From: Omnitrophica bacterium GWA2_41_15
GTDB taxonomy: Bacteria; Omnitrophota; Gorgyraeia; Gygaellales; UBA12090
NCBI GenBank assembly: GCA_919901925.1
Contig: CAKKQA010000036.1
Coordinates: 1-56,099 of the forward strand
DNA length: 56,099 nt
Reading direction: 5' to 3'
Within the stretch, counting starts at the first letter, position 1. Every line of letters starts with the position of its first letter. Both the position numbers and the translations under genes were made by a program. The notes beneath the pieces were generated by a model. It was not told where the DNA came from. It saw only the letters and a list, made by a program, of their open reading frames with translations, and ran no database searches. Below, piece after piece: positions 26,972-37,076 of the stretch.

Positions 26972-27000
26972 GTAGGGACAGCACAACGTGCTGTCCCTAC
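26972..27000. repeat. Pal29 palindrome copy (GTAGGGACAGCACAACGTGCTGTCCCTAC)
   Basis: It is intergenic, downstream of the pilA terminator. The central bases differ from the other copies. Confidence 0.85.
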
Positions 27001-27034
27001 ATTCGTGCCCAGGCACAGCGCAGGAGATCTACTT

Positions 27035-27080
27035 ACAAACAAAACCCCGCATCCAATCTTTTATTAGATTGAATGCGGGG
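27035..27080 (-). terminator. Intrinsic terminator of the major pilin gene
   Basis: The minus-strand RNA forms CCCCGCAUUCAAUCU-AAUAAA-AGAUUGGAUGCGGGG followed by UUUUGUUUGU, about 25 nt after the stop codon. Confidence 0.75.
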
Positions 27081-27108
27081 TTTAACCCTACAAATAAATT
27101 ACAAAATA

Positions 27109-27534
27109 TTACGCGCAAGAACCTGACGCGCAAGTTCCATCTGCAGAAAGAACCCCACCTGTGAAAATCTGAAAACTTTTCGTCCCGGAGGTTCCGCAGA
27201 CGCATGGTTTAGCGGTAGCGGTATAAGCGCTAGTGGTACCGCTAAAAGTATATTGATACCCTTGCCTAGAGCCGCTTGTATAATCCTCATTCAAATATTT
27301 AGGAGTCACGGTTGTTGCCCATGAAAGGTCGCTTCCTGCCGGATAGCTTCCGTTATTGCTTGACGCATAGGTCTCCGTTGCCGTGGAGATGGTCCTCAAT
27401 GTTGCCTGCGCGGCTGCTTCATTTGCTGTCATACGCGGGCGCAATAAATTAGGTATAGCTATCGCCGCTAAGAGAGCTATGATGGCCACTACAATCATAA
27501 TTTCCACTAATGTAAAACCCTTTCTTCTTAACAT
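27109..27534 (-). CDS. pilA: Type IV major pilin
   Basis: It has the short leader MLRRKG|FTLVEIMIVVAIIALLAAIAIPNLL, C-terminal Cys residues, and its own promoter and terminator. Confidence 0.85.
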   Translation of the reverse strand: MLRRKGFTLVEIMIVVAIIALLAAIAIPNLLRPRMTANEAAAQATLRTISTATETYASSNNGSYPAGSDLSWATTVTPKYLNEDYTSGSRQGYQYTFSGTTSAYTATAKPCVCGTSGTKSFQIFTGGVLSADGTCASGSCA

Positions 27535-27582
27535 AAAACCATTCCCCCTTTCCGCCTTTTTTATCAGGCATCTGTTTTATTC

Positions 27583-27610
27583 ATTTTAATAGGATAATTA
27601 GAGTTGTCAA
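27583..27610 (-). promoter_or_regulatory. Putative sigma70 promoter of pilA
   Basis: The minus strand has TTGACA (27605..27610), a 16-nt spacer and TAAAAT (27583..27588). An AAGGGGG RBS precedes the ATG. Confidence 0.5.
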
Positions 27611-27665
27611 GTAAAATTTACCGGCAATGCGGAACGAAGGATTTTACATAACTGCATATATCTTT

Positions 27666-28598
27666 TTATCCCTCGGCAAACCAGCTAATCGTTTTCCTTA
27701 ACCCTTCTTCAATATTGACTTCCGGCGCCCATTTTAAATATTTATTTGCCCTGGTTATATCCGGGCGCCTCTGTTTGGGGTCGTCCGCGGGAAGTTTCCT
27801 AAAACATATCCTGCTTTCGCTTGCGGACAATTTTATTATCAACCTTGCCAAATCTATCAACTTCATTTCGTTAGGATTCCCGATATTCACCGGAGTATTC
27901 AAAGAAGAATTAGCAAGCCGGATTATGCCTTCGATCAAATCATCAACATAACAGAATGAACGAGTCTGGCTGCCGTCTCCGTAAACTGTTATCGGCTTAT
28001 TTGTCCGCGCCTGGCAGATAAAATTCGGTATTGCCCGGCCGTCATTTTTGCGCATACGCGCTCCGTAAGTATTGAAGATACGGATAATTTTTGTATCGAC
28101 TTTACGCGCCCTATGATAAGCCATTGTTATTGCTTCGGAAAAACGCTTGGCCTCGTCATATACGCTGCGGGGGCCTATGCAATTGACATTACCCCAATAT
28201 TCTTCTTTTTGCGGATGGGCCAAAGGATCGCCGTAAACTTCGGACGTAGATGCTAAAAAGAATTTCGCTTTTTTCGCCTTTGCCAATCCCAGGGTGTTAT
28301 GCGTGCCCAAAGAACCAACCTTTAATGTTTGAATAGGGAAGTTTAAATAATCCACAGGGCTGGCAGGTGAAGCGAAATGCATGACATAATCAAGTTTTTC
28401 TTTAATATTGATATATTTCGAAACATCGCGTTTGATCAGCCTAAAATTTTTATCAGCCGCCAAATGCTTGATATTTCTAATTTCGCCGGTAATAAAATTG
28501 TCCATGCATATTACTTTATTGCCCTCTCCTAGCAGGCGTTCACATAGATGCGAGCCTAAAAATCCCGCGCCTCCGGTGATAAGATATGTCTTTTTCAT
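27666..28598 (-). CDS. UDP-glucuronate decarboxylase (UDP-xylose synthase)-type SDR
   Basis: [10 protein letters not shown], the YDEAKR (YxxxK) motif and an overall UXS-like pattern are present. Confidence 0.8.
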   Translation of the reverse strand: MKKTYLITGGAGFLGSHLCERLLGEGNKVICMDNFITGEIRNIKHLAADKNFRLIKRDVSKYINIKEKLDYVMHFASPASPVDYLNFPIQTLKVGSLGTHNTLGLAKAKKAKFFLASTSEVYGDPLAHPQKEEYWGNVNCIGPRSVYDEAKRFSEAITMAYHRARKVDTKIIRIFNTYGARMRKNDGRAIPNFICQARTNKPITVYGDGSQTRSFCYVDDLIEGIIRLANSSLNTPVNIGNPNEMKLIDLARLIIKLSASESRICFRKLPADDPKQRRPDITRANKYLKWAPEVNIEEGLRKTISWFAEG

Positions 28599-28707
28599 TT
28601 ATACTTTCTCCTGTTTCAAGCTAAAGTATTTTTCTTTTACTTTTGATTTTTGAATTGTGGTTTTAACTTTTGCCTTTTTAATTTTGACTTAGCTTATAGT
28701 TTCCGCC

Positions 28708-29994
28708 CTACAGCCGCTCTATCTTTTCGCTGCTGACGCCTTTGTAGATATTGCGTGTATCGAAAATCTTTTTCGCGTGTTTAAGGACGAAATTATAATC
28801 TACACTACTGTGGTCAGCAGCAATAATGACACAATCCATGCTGGCTAATATATCTTCGGTTATCGTTGTTTCCTTAAGGCTAAATTCAGGGAACTTAAGA
28901 TACGGAATCAAGGGATCCGAGTAATGGACATTGGCATGGTTTTTCTTCAACAGTTCTATTATTTCCAATGCCGGCGATTTCCTAAGGTCTTTTACATCTT
29001 TTTTATAGGCCGCGCCCATCACCAGAATATTCGCGCCCCTTAAGGGGATAATGTCGTTTAACCGCGAAACCACATACGCGGGCATCGCGGAATTAAGGTC
29101 AGAAGCCAGCTTGATAAAGCGCGACTTAAACCCATGAAGTTTGGCCTTCCAATAAAGGTACAACGGGTCCTTCGGGATACAATGTCCGCCTACGCCCGGG
29201 CCGGGGTAAAACGGCATAAAGCCGAAAGGCTTTGTTTTAGCGGCATCAATTATCTCCCAGACGTCCAGCCCCATTTTCCGGCACATCATCGCTATCTCAT
29301 TTACCAAGCCGATATTGACCAGCCTAAAAGTATTCTCCAGCAATTTCACGGTTTCCGCGGCCCGAGGAGAAGAAACTATTACCACTTTTTCGATGATGCA
29401 TTCGTAAAGAAGCTTAAAAACCTGCGCTGACTCTTTTGTTATCCCGCCGACTACTTTGGGAATCTTATTCAAAGGGTATTTCTCGTTTCCGGGGTCAATC
29501 CTCTCCGGAGAAAAAACCAGATAAAAATCCCGGCCGCACTTAAGCCCGGTAGACTCTAATATAGGAAGGACCACTTCATCTGTTGTTCCGGGGTATGTGG
29601 TGCTTTCCAACACAACCAGCTGGCCGCGCTTTAGGTGGGCTTTTATCTTTTTTACCGCGCTCTTTATGTAATTTATATTCGGCTGGGTTTTGCGCTTAAG
29701 GGGCGTAGGCACGCAGATTATGATAACGTCAGCTTCGCTTAATTTACTATAATTAGATGTGGGATTCAACGCTTTTGCCCTGACTAATTTATTTATTCGC
29801 TCTATGGGTATATCAAGAATATATGGAATGCCTTTTTTGACCTTTTCGACCCTATCCTTATCATTATCGATTCCAAATACAACAAAACCACATTGGGCGA
29901 ACTCAACAGCCAAAGGCAGGCCTACGTAACCTAAACCCATCACAGCAATTTTAGCGCTTTTACTCTTTATTTTCTGTTCTAATTGTGCATGCAT
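28708..29994 (-). CDS. Nucleotide-sugar 6-dehydrogenase (UDP-GlcNAc/UDP-ManNAc dehydrogenase family)
   Basis: The GLGYVGLPLA Rossmann motif and catalytic GGHCIPKDP are present. Confidence 0.8.
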   Translation of the reverse strand: MHAQLEQKIKSKSAKIAVMGLGYVGLPLAVEFAQCGFVVFGIDNDKDRVEKVKKGIPYILDIPIERINKLVRAKALNPTSNYSKLSEADVIIICVPTPLKRKTQPNINYIKSAVKKIKAHLKRGQLVVLESTTYPGTTDEVVLPILESTGLKCGRDFYLVFSPERIDPGNEKYPLNKIPKVVGGITKESAQVFKLLYECIIEKVVIVSSPRAAETVKLLENTFRLVNIGLVNEIAMMCRKMGLDVWEIIDAAKTKPFGFMPFYPGPGVGGHCIPKDPLYLYWKAKLHGFKSRFIKLASDLNSAMPAYVVSRLNDIIPLRGANILVMGAAYKKDVKDLRKSPALEIIELLKKNHANVHYSDPLIPYLKFPEFSLKETTITEDILASMDCVIIAADHSSVDYNFVLKHAKKIFDTRNIYKGVSSEKIERL

Positions 29995-29997
29995 TCT

Positions 29998-30963
29998 CTA
30001 ATTTTCCTTTTTTATCTTTTTCCACCATTGCGGATTATTCCTATACCAATCAATCGTCAACTTAAGCCCCCGGCTAAGAGAATATGCTGGCTTCCAGCCA
30101 AGGTTGCGCGCCTGACTGCAATCTAACGCATACCGCCTGTCATGGCCGGGCCTGTCCGCGACATATTTGATAAAACTTTTATCCTTATTTAAAAACTCGA
30201 GGATTTTCTCTGTCAGCTTGATATTCTTTTTTGAATTGCCCGCGCCGATGTTGTAAATCCCGCCTGTCTTTCCCTTATGAAGCACGGTATCTATCGCTTG
30301 GCAATTATCATCCACAAAAAGCCAATCGCGTTCATTTAACCCATCGCCGTAAAGAGGGGCTTTCTTACCCTCCAGAAGATTTGTGATAAATAACGGTATT
30401 ACTTTTTCAGGATACTGAAAAGGCCCGAAATTATTCGCGGAACGCGTAATAATAACCGGCAGATTGTAAGTAGCGTAATAAGAACGAATCAATAAATCCC
30501 CCGCGGCCTTGCTTGCGGCATAAGGGCTGTTTGGCTTTAGGTTATCAGTTTCTTTTGATTTGCCTTTTAAAACACTGCCATAAACCTCATCCGTGGAAAT
30601 ATGCAGGAACAATTTTAAATGATTATTACGCCGTACTGCCTCAAGCAGTGTGTGGACGCCAAGAACATTTGTCTTTATAAATTCCTTGGAATCTTTTATG
30701 GAACGGTCAACATGCGTGCAAGCGGCAAAATTAACCAGATAATCACAGGCGCGGATAAGCTTATTGGCTAACAGGTTATCGCAGATATCGCCTTGGACAA
30801 AAGTATAATTATTGTCTTTTTCGATATCCCTTAGGTTTTCAGGATTTCCGGCGTAAGTTAACTTATCAAGATTAATTATCTTGTAATCCGGGTATTTTCT
30901 TAATATATGCCGTATAAAATTAGAACCGATAAAGCCGCAGCCGCCTGTTATTAATAGTTTCAT
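29998..30963 (-). CDS. rfbB: dTDP-glucose 4,6-dehydratase
   Basis: GGCGFIGSNF, STDEVYG and YAASKAA motifs are present. Confidence 0.9.
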   Translation of the reverse strand: MKLLITGGCGFIGSNFIRHILRKYPDYKIINLDKLTYAGNPENLRDIEKDNNYTFVQGDICDNLLANKLIRACDYLVNFAACTHVDRSIKDSKEFIKTNVLGVHTLLEAVRRNNHLKLFLHISTDEVYGSVLKGKSKETDNLKPNSPYAASKAAGDLLIRSYYATYNLPVIITRSANNFGPFQYPEKVIPLFITNLLEGKKAPLYGDGLNERDWLFVDDNCQAIDTVLHKGKTGGIYNIGAGNSKKNIKLTEKILEFLNKDKSFIKYVADRPGHDRRYALDCSQARNLGWKPAYSLSRGLKLTIDWYRNNPQWWKKIKKEN

Positions 30964-31733
30964 GCCTTTTCTTTTTTCCTAACTAAAGACGCCGCCCGGT
31001 AAAGCGTCTCGGGAAGCCCGCAGTCTGTCCACCAGCTCTTAAGGATATCGTAACGCAACTCGTCAGCTTTTAAATAAGCGTTATTTACTTCGGTTATTTC
31101 CAACTCGCCCCTGGCGGAAGGCTTAAGCGTTTTTATGATATCGAAGACCTTATGGTCATACATATAAATCCCGCAAACCGCGTAATCAGACTTTGGGACT
31201 TTCGGCTTTTCCTCTATAGAAATTATTTTTTTCGCTTTTATTTCTGCCACTCCGAAGCGCTCCGGGTCGCTTACCTTCTTGAGTAAAATGCGCGCCCCGT
31301 TTTTTTGTTTTTTAAATTTCTCGACGTATTCTTTAATTGAGCCGCCGATTATATTATCACCAAGCACTACAACTATCGGAGAACGGTCGGAAAAATATTC
31401 CGCCAAATTCAATGCCTCGGCAATGCCGCCTTCCCCTCTTTGATAAGTATAATGTATATGCCGAAGCCCGAAATCCGCGCCATTGCCCATAAGCCTTAAG
31501 AAATCTCCGGCGTTATTTCCGCCTGTAACAATCATTATGTCTTTAATACCGGCGTCTACAAGCGTGGTAATCGGATAATAAATCATCGGCTTGTTATAAA
31601 CCGGCAAAAGATGTTTATTGGTAATACGGGTCAACGGCTCAAGGCGTTTCCCTAATCCACCCGCCAAAATTACACCTTTCAAATTACATATTTCACTCAT
31701 AGTTTTACTTTCCCCAATCATAGGGTATGTCAT
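30960..31733 (-). CDS. Sugar-1-phosphate nucleotidyl(thymidylyl)transferase
   Basis: It has ILAGGLGKRLEPLT...NKHLLPV, a short-form RmlA-like pattern. Confidence 0.8.
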   Translation of the reverse strand: MTYPMIGESKTMSEICNLKGVILAGGLGKRLEPLTRITNKHLLPVYNKPMIYYPITTLVDAGIKDIMIVTGGNNAGDFLRLMGNGADFGLRHIHYTYQRGEGGIAEALNLAEYFSDRSPIVVVLGDNIIGGSIKEYVEKFKKQKNGARILLKKVSDPERFGVAEIKAKKIISIEEKPKVPKSDYAVCGIYMYDHKVFDIIKTLKPSARGELEITEVNNAYLKADELRYDILKSWWTDCGLPETLYRAASLVRKKEKA

Positions 31734-32178
31734 TTTTAAACGCGTCTATCCTATACTCATCGGGTTTCTTGGCATTATAAGCCACTGTCGGAATATTAAT
31801 TACTATTGCTTCTTCATCGCTTATACATTTAAAACCATGATAAACATGTTTCGGAATTTTAACTAACTGCTGGCCCTCTAAGCACAACTCAAACTCGTTA
31901 ATCGCTTTATATGTGGAAGAATTTTTGCGGGCATCATATAACGCAAGGCAAATCCTGCCTTTAACGCAGACGAAATGATCGTCTTGCTTCTTATGATAAT
32001 GCCATGCCTTGACAACCCCGGGCTTACAGGTAGTTATATAAACCTGGCCAAACTTTTTAAATATTTTATCGTCGCTCCTTAAAATCTCCATCAGCCGGCC
32101 GCGCTCATCGTTAATCAACTTCAGCTTTTTTATTTTCACCCCGTTTATTACAGCCATTACAATTTCCTCCCCATGCAT
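31705..32178 (-). CDS. RmlC-like cupin (dTDP-4-dehydrorhamnose 3,5-epimerase-related)
   Basis: The WHYHKKQDDHFVCVKG cupin motif is present. It is 157 aa, shorter than canonical RmlC. Confidence 0.6.
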   Translation of the reverse strand: MHGEEIVMAVINGVKIKKLKLINDERGRLMEILRSDDKIFKKFGQVYITTCKPGVVKAWHYHKKQDDHFVCVKGRICLALYDARKNSSTYKAINEFELCLEGQQLVKIPKHVYHGFKCISDEEAIVINIPTVAYNAKKPDEYRIDAFKNDIPYDWGK

Positions 32179-33458
32179 ATATATTTAAAACCTGCCTTCT
32201 GCATCGCGCGGGGATCATAAATATTCCTGCCGTCAACGATTATCGGCTGATGCATTAATTTATGCAAACGCGGCAAATCCAGCTCTTTAAATTCGTTCCA
32301 TTCCGTTAACATAACCAAACAATCAGCCCCCTTTGCCGCCTCATAAACATTCTGGCAGAATTTGACGCCTTTTAATATCTGGTTTGCTTTAGGCATTGCC
32401 TGGGGGTCAAACACCTTTATTTTTGCGCCCTTAGACTCTAACTCCGCGATTATATCCAATGCCGGGGCATTGCGTATATCATCGGTATCAGGCTTAAAAG
32501 AAAGGCCAAGCACCCCGATAAACTTATCCTTGACAATCCAAAGGGCATCTTCTATCTTTTTGACCAGGTTTTTCTTCTGGGCTTCGTTAATATCCCTAAC
32601 AGCTTTAAGCAGGTCAAAATTATAGCCGTTTTTTCTGGCGATATTTATAAAAGCATCCAGGTCTTTGGGAAAACAGGAGCCGCCATAACCAATGCCCGCG
32701 TCTAGAAACGCCCTGCCTATCCTTTTATCAAGCCCCATGCCCTCGGCGACCTTTGCCACATCGGCTCCTACCTGCTCACAAAGGCAGGCAATAGCGTTAA
32801 TAAAAGATATTTTAGTCGCGAGAAAAGAATTCGAGGCATGCTTTATAATCTCGGCTGATTTAATATCCGTTACCACAATCGGCGCGTTCAACGGTTTATA
32901 CAACTCGATTAAAAGGTCTTGAGCCACCTTTGATTCTACTCCCAACACTATCCTGTCAGGATGCGTAAAGTCGCGTATCGCCTGCCCTTCTCTTAAAAAT
33001 TCAGGATTTGAGGCGACATCGAATTTTATCTTTTTGTTTTTAGGAAGATTCACTCTGATGGTATGGCCCACCCAAGAACCAGTTTCAACAGGCACTGTGG
33101 ATTTTTCTACAATTAATTTGTAACCGTTCATATTCTCCGCGATAACCTTGGCCACATTTTCTACGCCGGTCAAATCCGCCTCTCCGCCTTCTCTAGAGGG
33201 CGTGCCTACGGCAATAAATATCACCTTAGAATCCCTGACAGCCTCTTTAATATTAGCGGTAAACTTAAGCCGTTTTTCCTTTACATTACGCCTGACCACA
33301 TCCTCTAACCCCGGCTCATATATGGGCATTTTCAATTTATTAAGCTGGCCGATTTTTTGTTTATCGCTATCCGCGCAAATCACCTTATTTCCTAAATCAG
33401 CAAGGCAGGCGCCTGTTACTAATCCGACGTATCCGGTGCCAATAATCGAAATATTCAT
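32157..33458 (-). CDS. ugd: UDP-glucose 6-dehydrogenase
   Basis: IIGTGYVGLVTGACLA and GGSCFPKD motifs are present. Confidence 0.9.
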   Translation of the reverse strand: MNISIIGTGYVGLVTGACLADLGNKVICADSDKQKIGQLNKLKMPIYEPGLEDVVRRNVKEKRLKFTANIKEAVRDSKVIFIAVGTPSREGGEADLTGVENVAKVIAENMNGYKLIVEKSTVPVETGSWVGHTIRVNLPKNKKIKFDVASNPEFLREGQAIRDFTHPDRIVLGVESKVAQDLLIELYKPLNAPIVVTDIKSAEIIKHASNSFLATKISFINAIACLCEQVGADVAKVAEGMGLDKRIGRAFLDAGIGYGGSCFPKDLDAFINIARKNGYNFDLLKAVRDINEAQKKNLVKKIEDALWIVKDKFIGVLGLSFKPDTDDIRNAPALDIIAELESKGAKIKVFDPQAMPKANQILKGVKFCQNVYEAAKGADCLVMLTEWNEFKELDLPRLHKLMHQPIIVDGRNIYDPRAMQKAGFKYICMGRKL

Positions 33459-33494
33459 ATATTAATTCCCGCTTGATAAGCCTTTTTGGTTTAG

Positions 33495-35813
33495 CTATAG
33501 ATTCTGGTATCCTTGCGATCCCGGCTTAGGCTGATGATAGCTCTGGTTATAATCTAGCGACATTTCAGGGAATGCCTTCAGACTTATGGCAAACCATATA
33601 GTCTCGCCTACATTCCTCAATACATTATAGTTTACTTCCAATAACCAACAATGCAAGTCTTTAGTAATGGAATAATTCTGTTCTTTAACAAGGGTGTTCC
33701 CCATAAATTGAAACCTTTCATAAACCCTAAACGACCAGCCTTTTAGTATGTTACAAGTAACTTCGCCGGTAAACTGGCTGCTGGACTTGCGGGCATAACG
33801 GTATCCGGTCCCCCATGTTATGTCTTTAGCCGAACCCCAAAGGTCAAAATTAGCGTTAGTAAAAACCCGCTCCTTACGGCTATAAGTATCTTTAGACTCC
33901 AGCCTTAATGTATCAGTTAGCTGACTCTCCAGGTCTAACGTTATATTATCATCCCAGCGGCGTCTCCTGCCTTCTATATTAAAAAGATAATTCGTAGATA
34001 CTATAAAACGCAGGAAATCCACGGTTTTATCCTTGCGTTTAGTCTGCAGTTTATTCTCCAAAGAAAGGCTCATCTGATTCTGTTCGGTTACGGTACCGTC
34101 AAAATTAACAACTTTCGAAGGAGGCAAGGTAGGAGGATGGGTATAAGAATATGAAACATTTGGAATTATTACATGGCGTAATTTATTAAGCTCCATCCCG
34201 AGAATGTCCTTATCCACATCGAATATCCGGTAGAATCTGGTAGACATACTGATACCGCTATCCCAAACCTCTCGAAAAGCGCCTTGGTTTTTATTAACCA
34301 TCCTGCTGTAATATGTTTCCCTCGTGCCCGCGTAAGGGTTCATCACCACATAAAAAAAGCTAAACGGGAGTGAAAGCCTTAAATAAGTATTTGTTGTCTG
34401 ATTATGAGAAGTCTCATCCGAAGGCGCCGGATATTTTTGGTTATAATTCGTATAAGAAGTGTTACTGCTAAAATATAACGGGGTGTTAAGAATTTTAGTA
34501 TCGGCTTTTGTAAATATCACTTGAGGAAGCGTTTCGGTTTCCGGGAAAATCCTGTTTACGCGCTTTTGCATCAAAAAATTTAATGTCCCTATTTGATTGG
34601 GAAAATTACGGTTAAACAAAAAATAGGTGGACTCATTAGAGTCTTTCTCATATTCCCTGAAAAAGTAATCTTTGATAAAATTAGCGTCCCTGACTTTATG
34701 GAATTCCGCCAGCATATAAGTATCTTTATCAACTTCGAACTTATGGCGCCAATCATAACGAAACCTGTCTTTTTCTATAGTACTTTTTCCTTTATGGTCA
34801 TCATAAAGTTGTTGATAAAAACGCTTAAACCAGAACTTTCTTTCAAGCATATAATACGCCCTAAAATAGCCTTTCCCGATAACCTTTGTATCGTAATAAT
34901 TATCGAAGCCAAAAGCAACGTTCCTGCGCTCCCGGAGATCAAGGTTAATCCTGCCGCCGGAGTTAGGCAGTAAATCATACCTCCAGGCCGTCAAAAGAAA
35001 TAACCCCCAATCCTTGCTGTTACCGGGAGTAACCAGGACATGCATACGGTCATCTTTTAGATTCTGGCTATATTTAGGAAAATATATTATTGGCGTGTTA
35101 GCTACCCTAAAGGTCATTGCTTTAATAGTAACCTTCTCGTTTGGAACGATATAAATCAGGCGGCTCTGAAGGCGATAATGCGGATGATCCTTGTCGCAGG
35201 TAGTGATGTAGCCATTCTTCATCTCAATTTCGTTTTCAGAGATTTTTTTCATCGTCTGGCCCGCGCCATAATAAGGCGGGCAAAAAATATGGACATCATA
35301 CCCTTCGCCCATCTTGGTTTTAAGGTTATAATCAAAGTTTTTAGCTTTAATAATGCCTTTTTTGTCCTTAAACACCACATTCCCCTCTGCCTTCGCCTCA
35401 TTAGTAGTAGTATCGTATACCGCCTTATCGCAGGTAAGCACATCTCCTTCTTTTGTAATTTTGACATTGCCTGACATGGTAAGGACCGTCCTATCCTGCG
35501 AATATTCTATATTATCCGCGTCAACGGTTGTGGGAATATGGGTAGGCTTTTTAGCTGGTTCGGCGGCAGTTACGGATTCTTCAACGGGAATTACAGATTT
35601 TTCATTTTTAACATCTTCTATCAAACTCTGCCTTTCAAGCTCCTTCTCGACAACAACATTAGTGGCATAACCTTCTGCCTCTTTTTTAACCTCTACGGGA
35701 ACATCTTGTTTCTGAGCTGACGGCTGTTTTTCTTCGGCGCAAGCGAAAAAGCTAACCCCGGCAACCAGCAAACTTGCTACGAGCACCGGCCTGATTATTT
35801 TCATCCGCATCAC
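33495..35813 (-). CDS. lptD: LPS-assembly protein LptD (OstA family)
   Basis: It has a signal peptide, an N-terminal OstA-like beta-jellyroll repeat region and a large aromatic-rich beta-barrel C-domain. Confidence 0.75.
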   Translation of the reverse strand: MMRMKIIRPVLVASLLVAGVSFFACAEEKQPSAQKQDVPVEVKKEAEGYATNVVVEKELERQSLIEDVKNEKSVIPVEESVTAAEPAKKPTHIPTTVDADNIEYSQDRTVLTMSGNVKITKEGDVLTCDKAVYDTTTNEAKAEGNVVFKDKKGIIKAKNFDYNLKTKMGEGYDVHIFCPPYYGAGQTMKKISENEIEMKNGYITTCDKDHPHYRLQSRLIYIVPNEKVTIKAMTFRVANTPIIYFPKYSQNLKDDRMHVLVTPGNSKDWGLFLLTAWRYDLLPNSGGRINLDLRERRNVAFGFDNYYDTKVIGKGYFRAYYMLERKFWFKRFYQQLYDDHKGKSTIEKDRFRYDWRHKFEVDKDTYMLAEFHKVRDANFIKDYFFREYEKDSNESTYFLFNRNFPNQIGTLNFLMQKRVNRIFPETETLPQVIFTKADTKILNTPLYFSSNTSYTNYNQKYPAPSDETSHNQTTNTYLRLSLPFSFFYVVMNPYAGTRETYYSRMVNKNQGAFREVWDSGISMSTRFYRIFDVDKDILGMELNKLRHVIIPNVSYSYTHPPTLPPSKVVNFDGTVTEQNQMSLSLENKLQTKRKDKTVDFLRFIVSTNYLFNIEGRRRRWDDNITLDLESQLTDTLRLESKDTYSRKERVFTNANFDLWGSAKDITWGTGYRYARKSSSQFTGEVTCNILKGWSFRVYERFQFMGNTLVKEQNYSITKDLHCWLLEVNYNVLRNVGETIWFAISLKAFPEMSLDYNQSYHQPKPGSQGYQNL

Positions 35814-36718
35814 GCGCTCTCTTCTTCAGCTAATAATGCCGCGCCCAACATACCCGCGTCATTGGATAATTTTGCCTTAACGACTTTAACGCGCGAGCCT
35901 TGCGGCTTCATTGCCCGCTGCCTGATTACTTTGCGCACCTGATCAAATATAATATTGCCGGCGCTAGCTACCCCTCCGCCTATGACTATAACTTGCGGAT
36001 CTAAAATATTCACCAAAGACGCTAAAGCAACCCCTAAATGGCTTACTATATCTTTCCAAATTCTTATAGCCTTATAGTTTCCTTTTTTTGCCATACGGCT
36101 GGAATCTTCCAGGGAAAATCCCTTGCCCAAAGAACGCCTCACTTCTTCCAATATATATATGTTACCAATATAACGCTCCAAACAGGCAACACCCGTACAG
36201 TTACATTTGGGGCCTGATTCATTAAGCGGAATATGCCCCACCTCTCCGGCGGCAAAATTGCTACCGCGATAAAGCCGGCCCTCCAATATAAGCCCGCCGC
36301 CTACGCCGGTACCTAAAGTAATACCGATGACATTCTTTTTCCCTTTCGCCGCGCCAATACGCGCCTCAGCAAGCGCCATAAGATTGGCATCGTTATCCAC
36401 AAAAACCGGTAAACCTGTCTTTAGCGAAAGAGCTTTCGCTAAATAAACATTATGCCAGCCTTTAATATTAGGAAGATAATGAATAAAACCCCTTTTGAAA
36501 TCGACTAATCCTGGAACGCCCAGGCCTACCGCCAAAATCTGTTTTTTTTCTACGGGAATATGATTTATATTTTCAGCCAATGCGTTGATAAGCCCTATTT
36601 TAGACGGAAAATCGCGGGTAGGGATAACTTTTTTGTGTATGATCTTGCGGTTTTTTATTAAGCCAACCTTGATATTAGTCGCGCCAAGGTCGATGCCGAT
36701 TATGTAGGGTTTAGACAT
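35810..36718 (-). CDS. ROK family sugar kinase (glucokinase-like)
   Basis: GIDLGATNIK and the Zn motif CNCTGVACLE are present. Confidence 0.85.
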   Translation of the reverse strand: MSKPYIIGIDLGATNIKVGLIKNRKIIHKKVIPTRDFPSKIGLINALAENINHIPVEKKQILAVGLGVPGLVDFKRGFIHYLPNIKGWHNVYLAKALSLKTGLPVFVDNDANLMALAEARIGAAKGKKNVIGITLGTGVGGGLILEGRLYRGSNFAAGEVGHIPLNESGPKCNCTGVACLERYIGNIYILEEVRRSLGKGFSLEDSSRMAKKGNYKAIRIWKDIVSHLGVALASLVNILDPQVIVIGGGVASAGNIIFDQVRKVIRQRAMKPQGSRVKVVKAKLSNDAGMLGAALLAEEESA

Positions 36719-36748
36719 ATAAGATAAAATAAAACCGCAATATTGGAT

Positions 36749-37042
36749 AGCGTAAAGTTTAAAGCGAAAAGCGCAAAACTAAAACTTAAAATGTATTTAA
36801 CTTCATTCGTGTCCAAATTAAATACAAAATAGCGGCGATAAAGTTATTATGAGATTTGATTTCTACTGTCATTGCGAGGAGCTATCGTTGACACGGTGCG
36901 ACGAAGCAATCTCGTACTTAAAGACGAGATTGCTTCGTCACAGATATGTCAAGCAAGGGTTCCTCGCAATGACGAGTTTAATTTGGACAGCAATGATTTA
37001 ACTTTAAGATTTACGTTTTAATTTTACGCTTTGCGCTTTACG
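36749..37042. repeat. Long heptad-armed inverted repeat (CGNAAAG units) hosting an R105 element
   Basis: The left arm CGTAAAGTTTAAAGCGAAAAGCGCAAAACTAAAAC...GTGTCCAAATTAAA faces the right arm TTTAATTTGGACAG...TTTACGCTTTGCGCTTTACG. Confidence 0.7.
36868..36973. repeat. R105 nested-hairpin repeat (GTCATTGCGAGGAGC...GGTTCCTCGCAATGAC), copy A
   Basis: It has terminal inverted repeats plus an inner stem GACGAAGCAATCTCG/CGAGATTGCTTCGTC. Confidence 0.85.
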
Positions 37043-37076
37043 TTTTTAGCTTCTTTGTTTTGGCTCTGCTTCTAGT

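Noticed and set aside
27535-27665. A sigma54 (-24/-12) promoter for the major pilin gene.
   Set aside because: No TGGCAC-N5-TTGC-like element is present on the minus strand. A well-spaced TTGACA-16-TAAAAT sigma70-type promoter is present instead.
36719-37076. The 358-nt gene-free gap as a hidden small gene or ncRNA locus.
   Set aside because: The whole gap is accounted for by a long heptad-armed inverted repeat plus an R105 insertion. No ORF longer than 30 codons with an RBS is present. An RNA role cannot be excluded, but nothing specific supports it.
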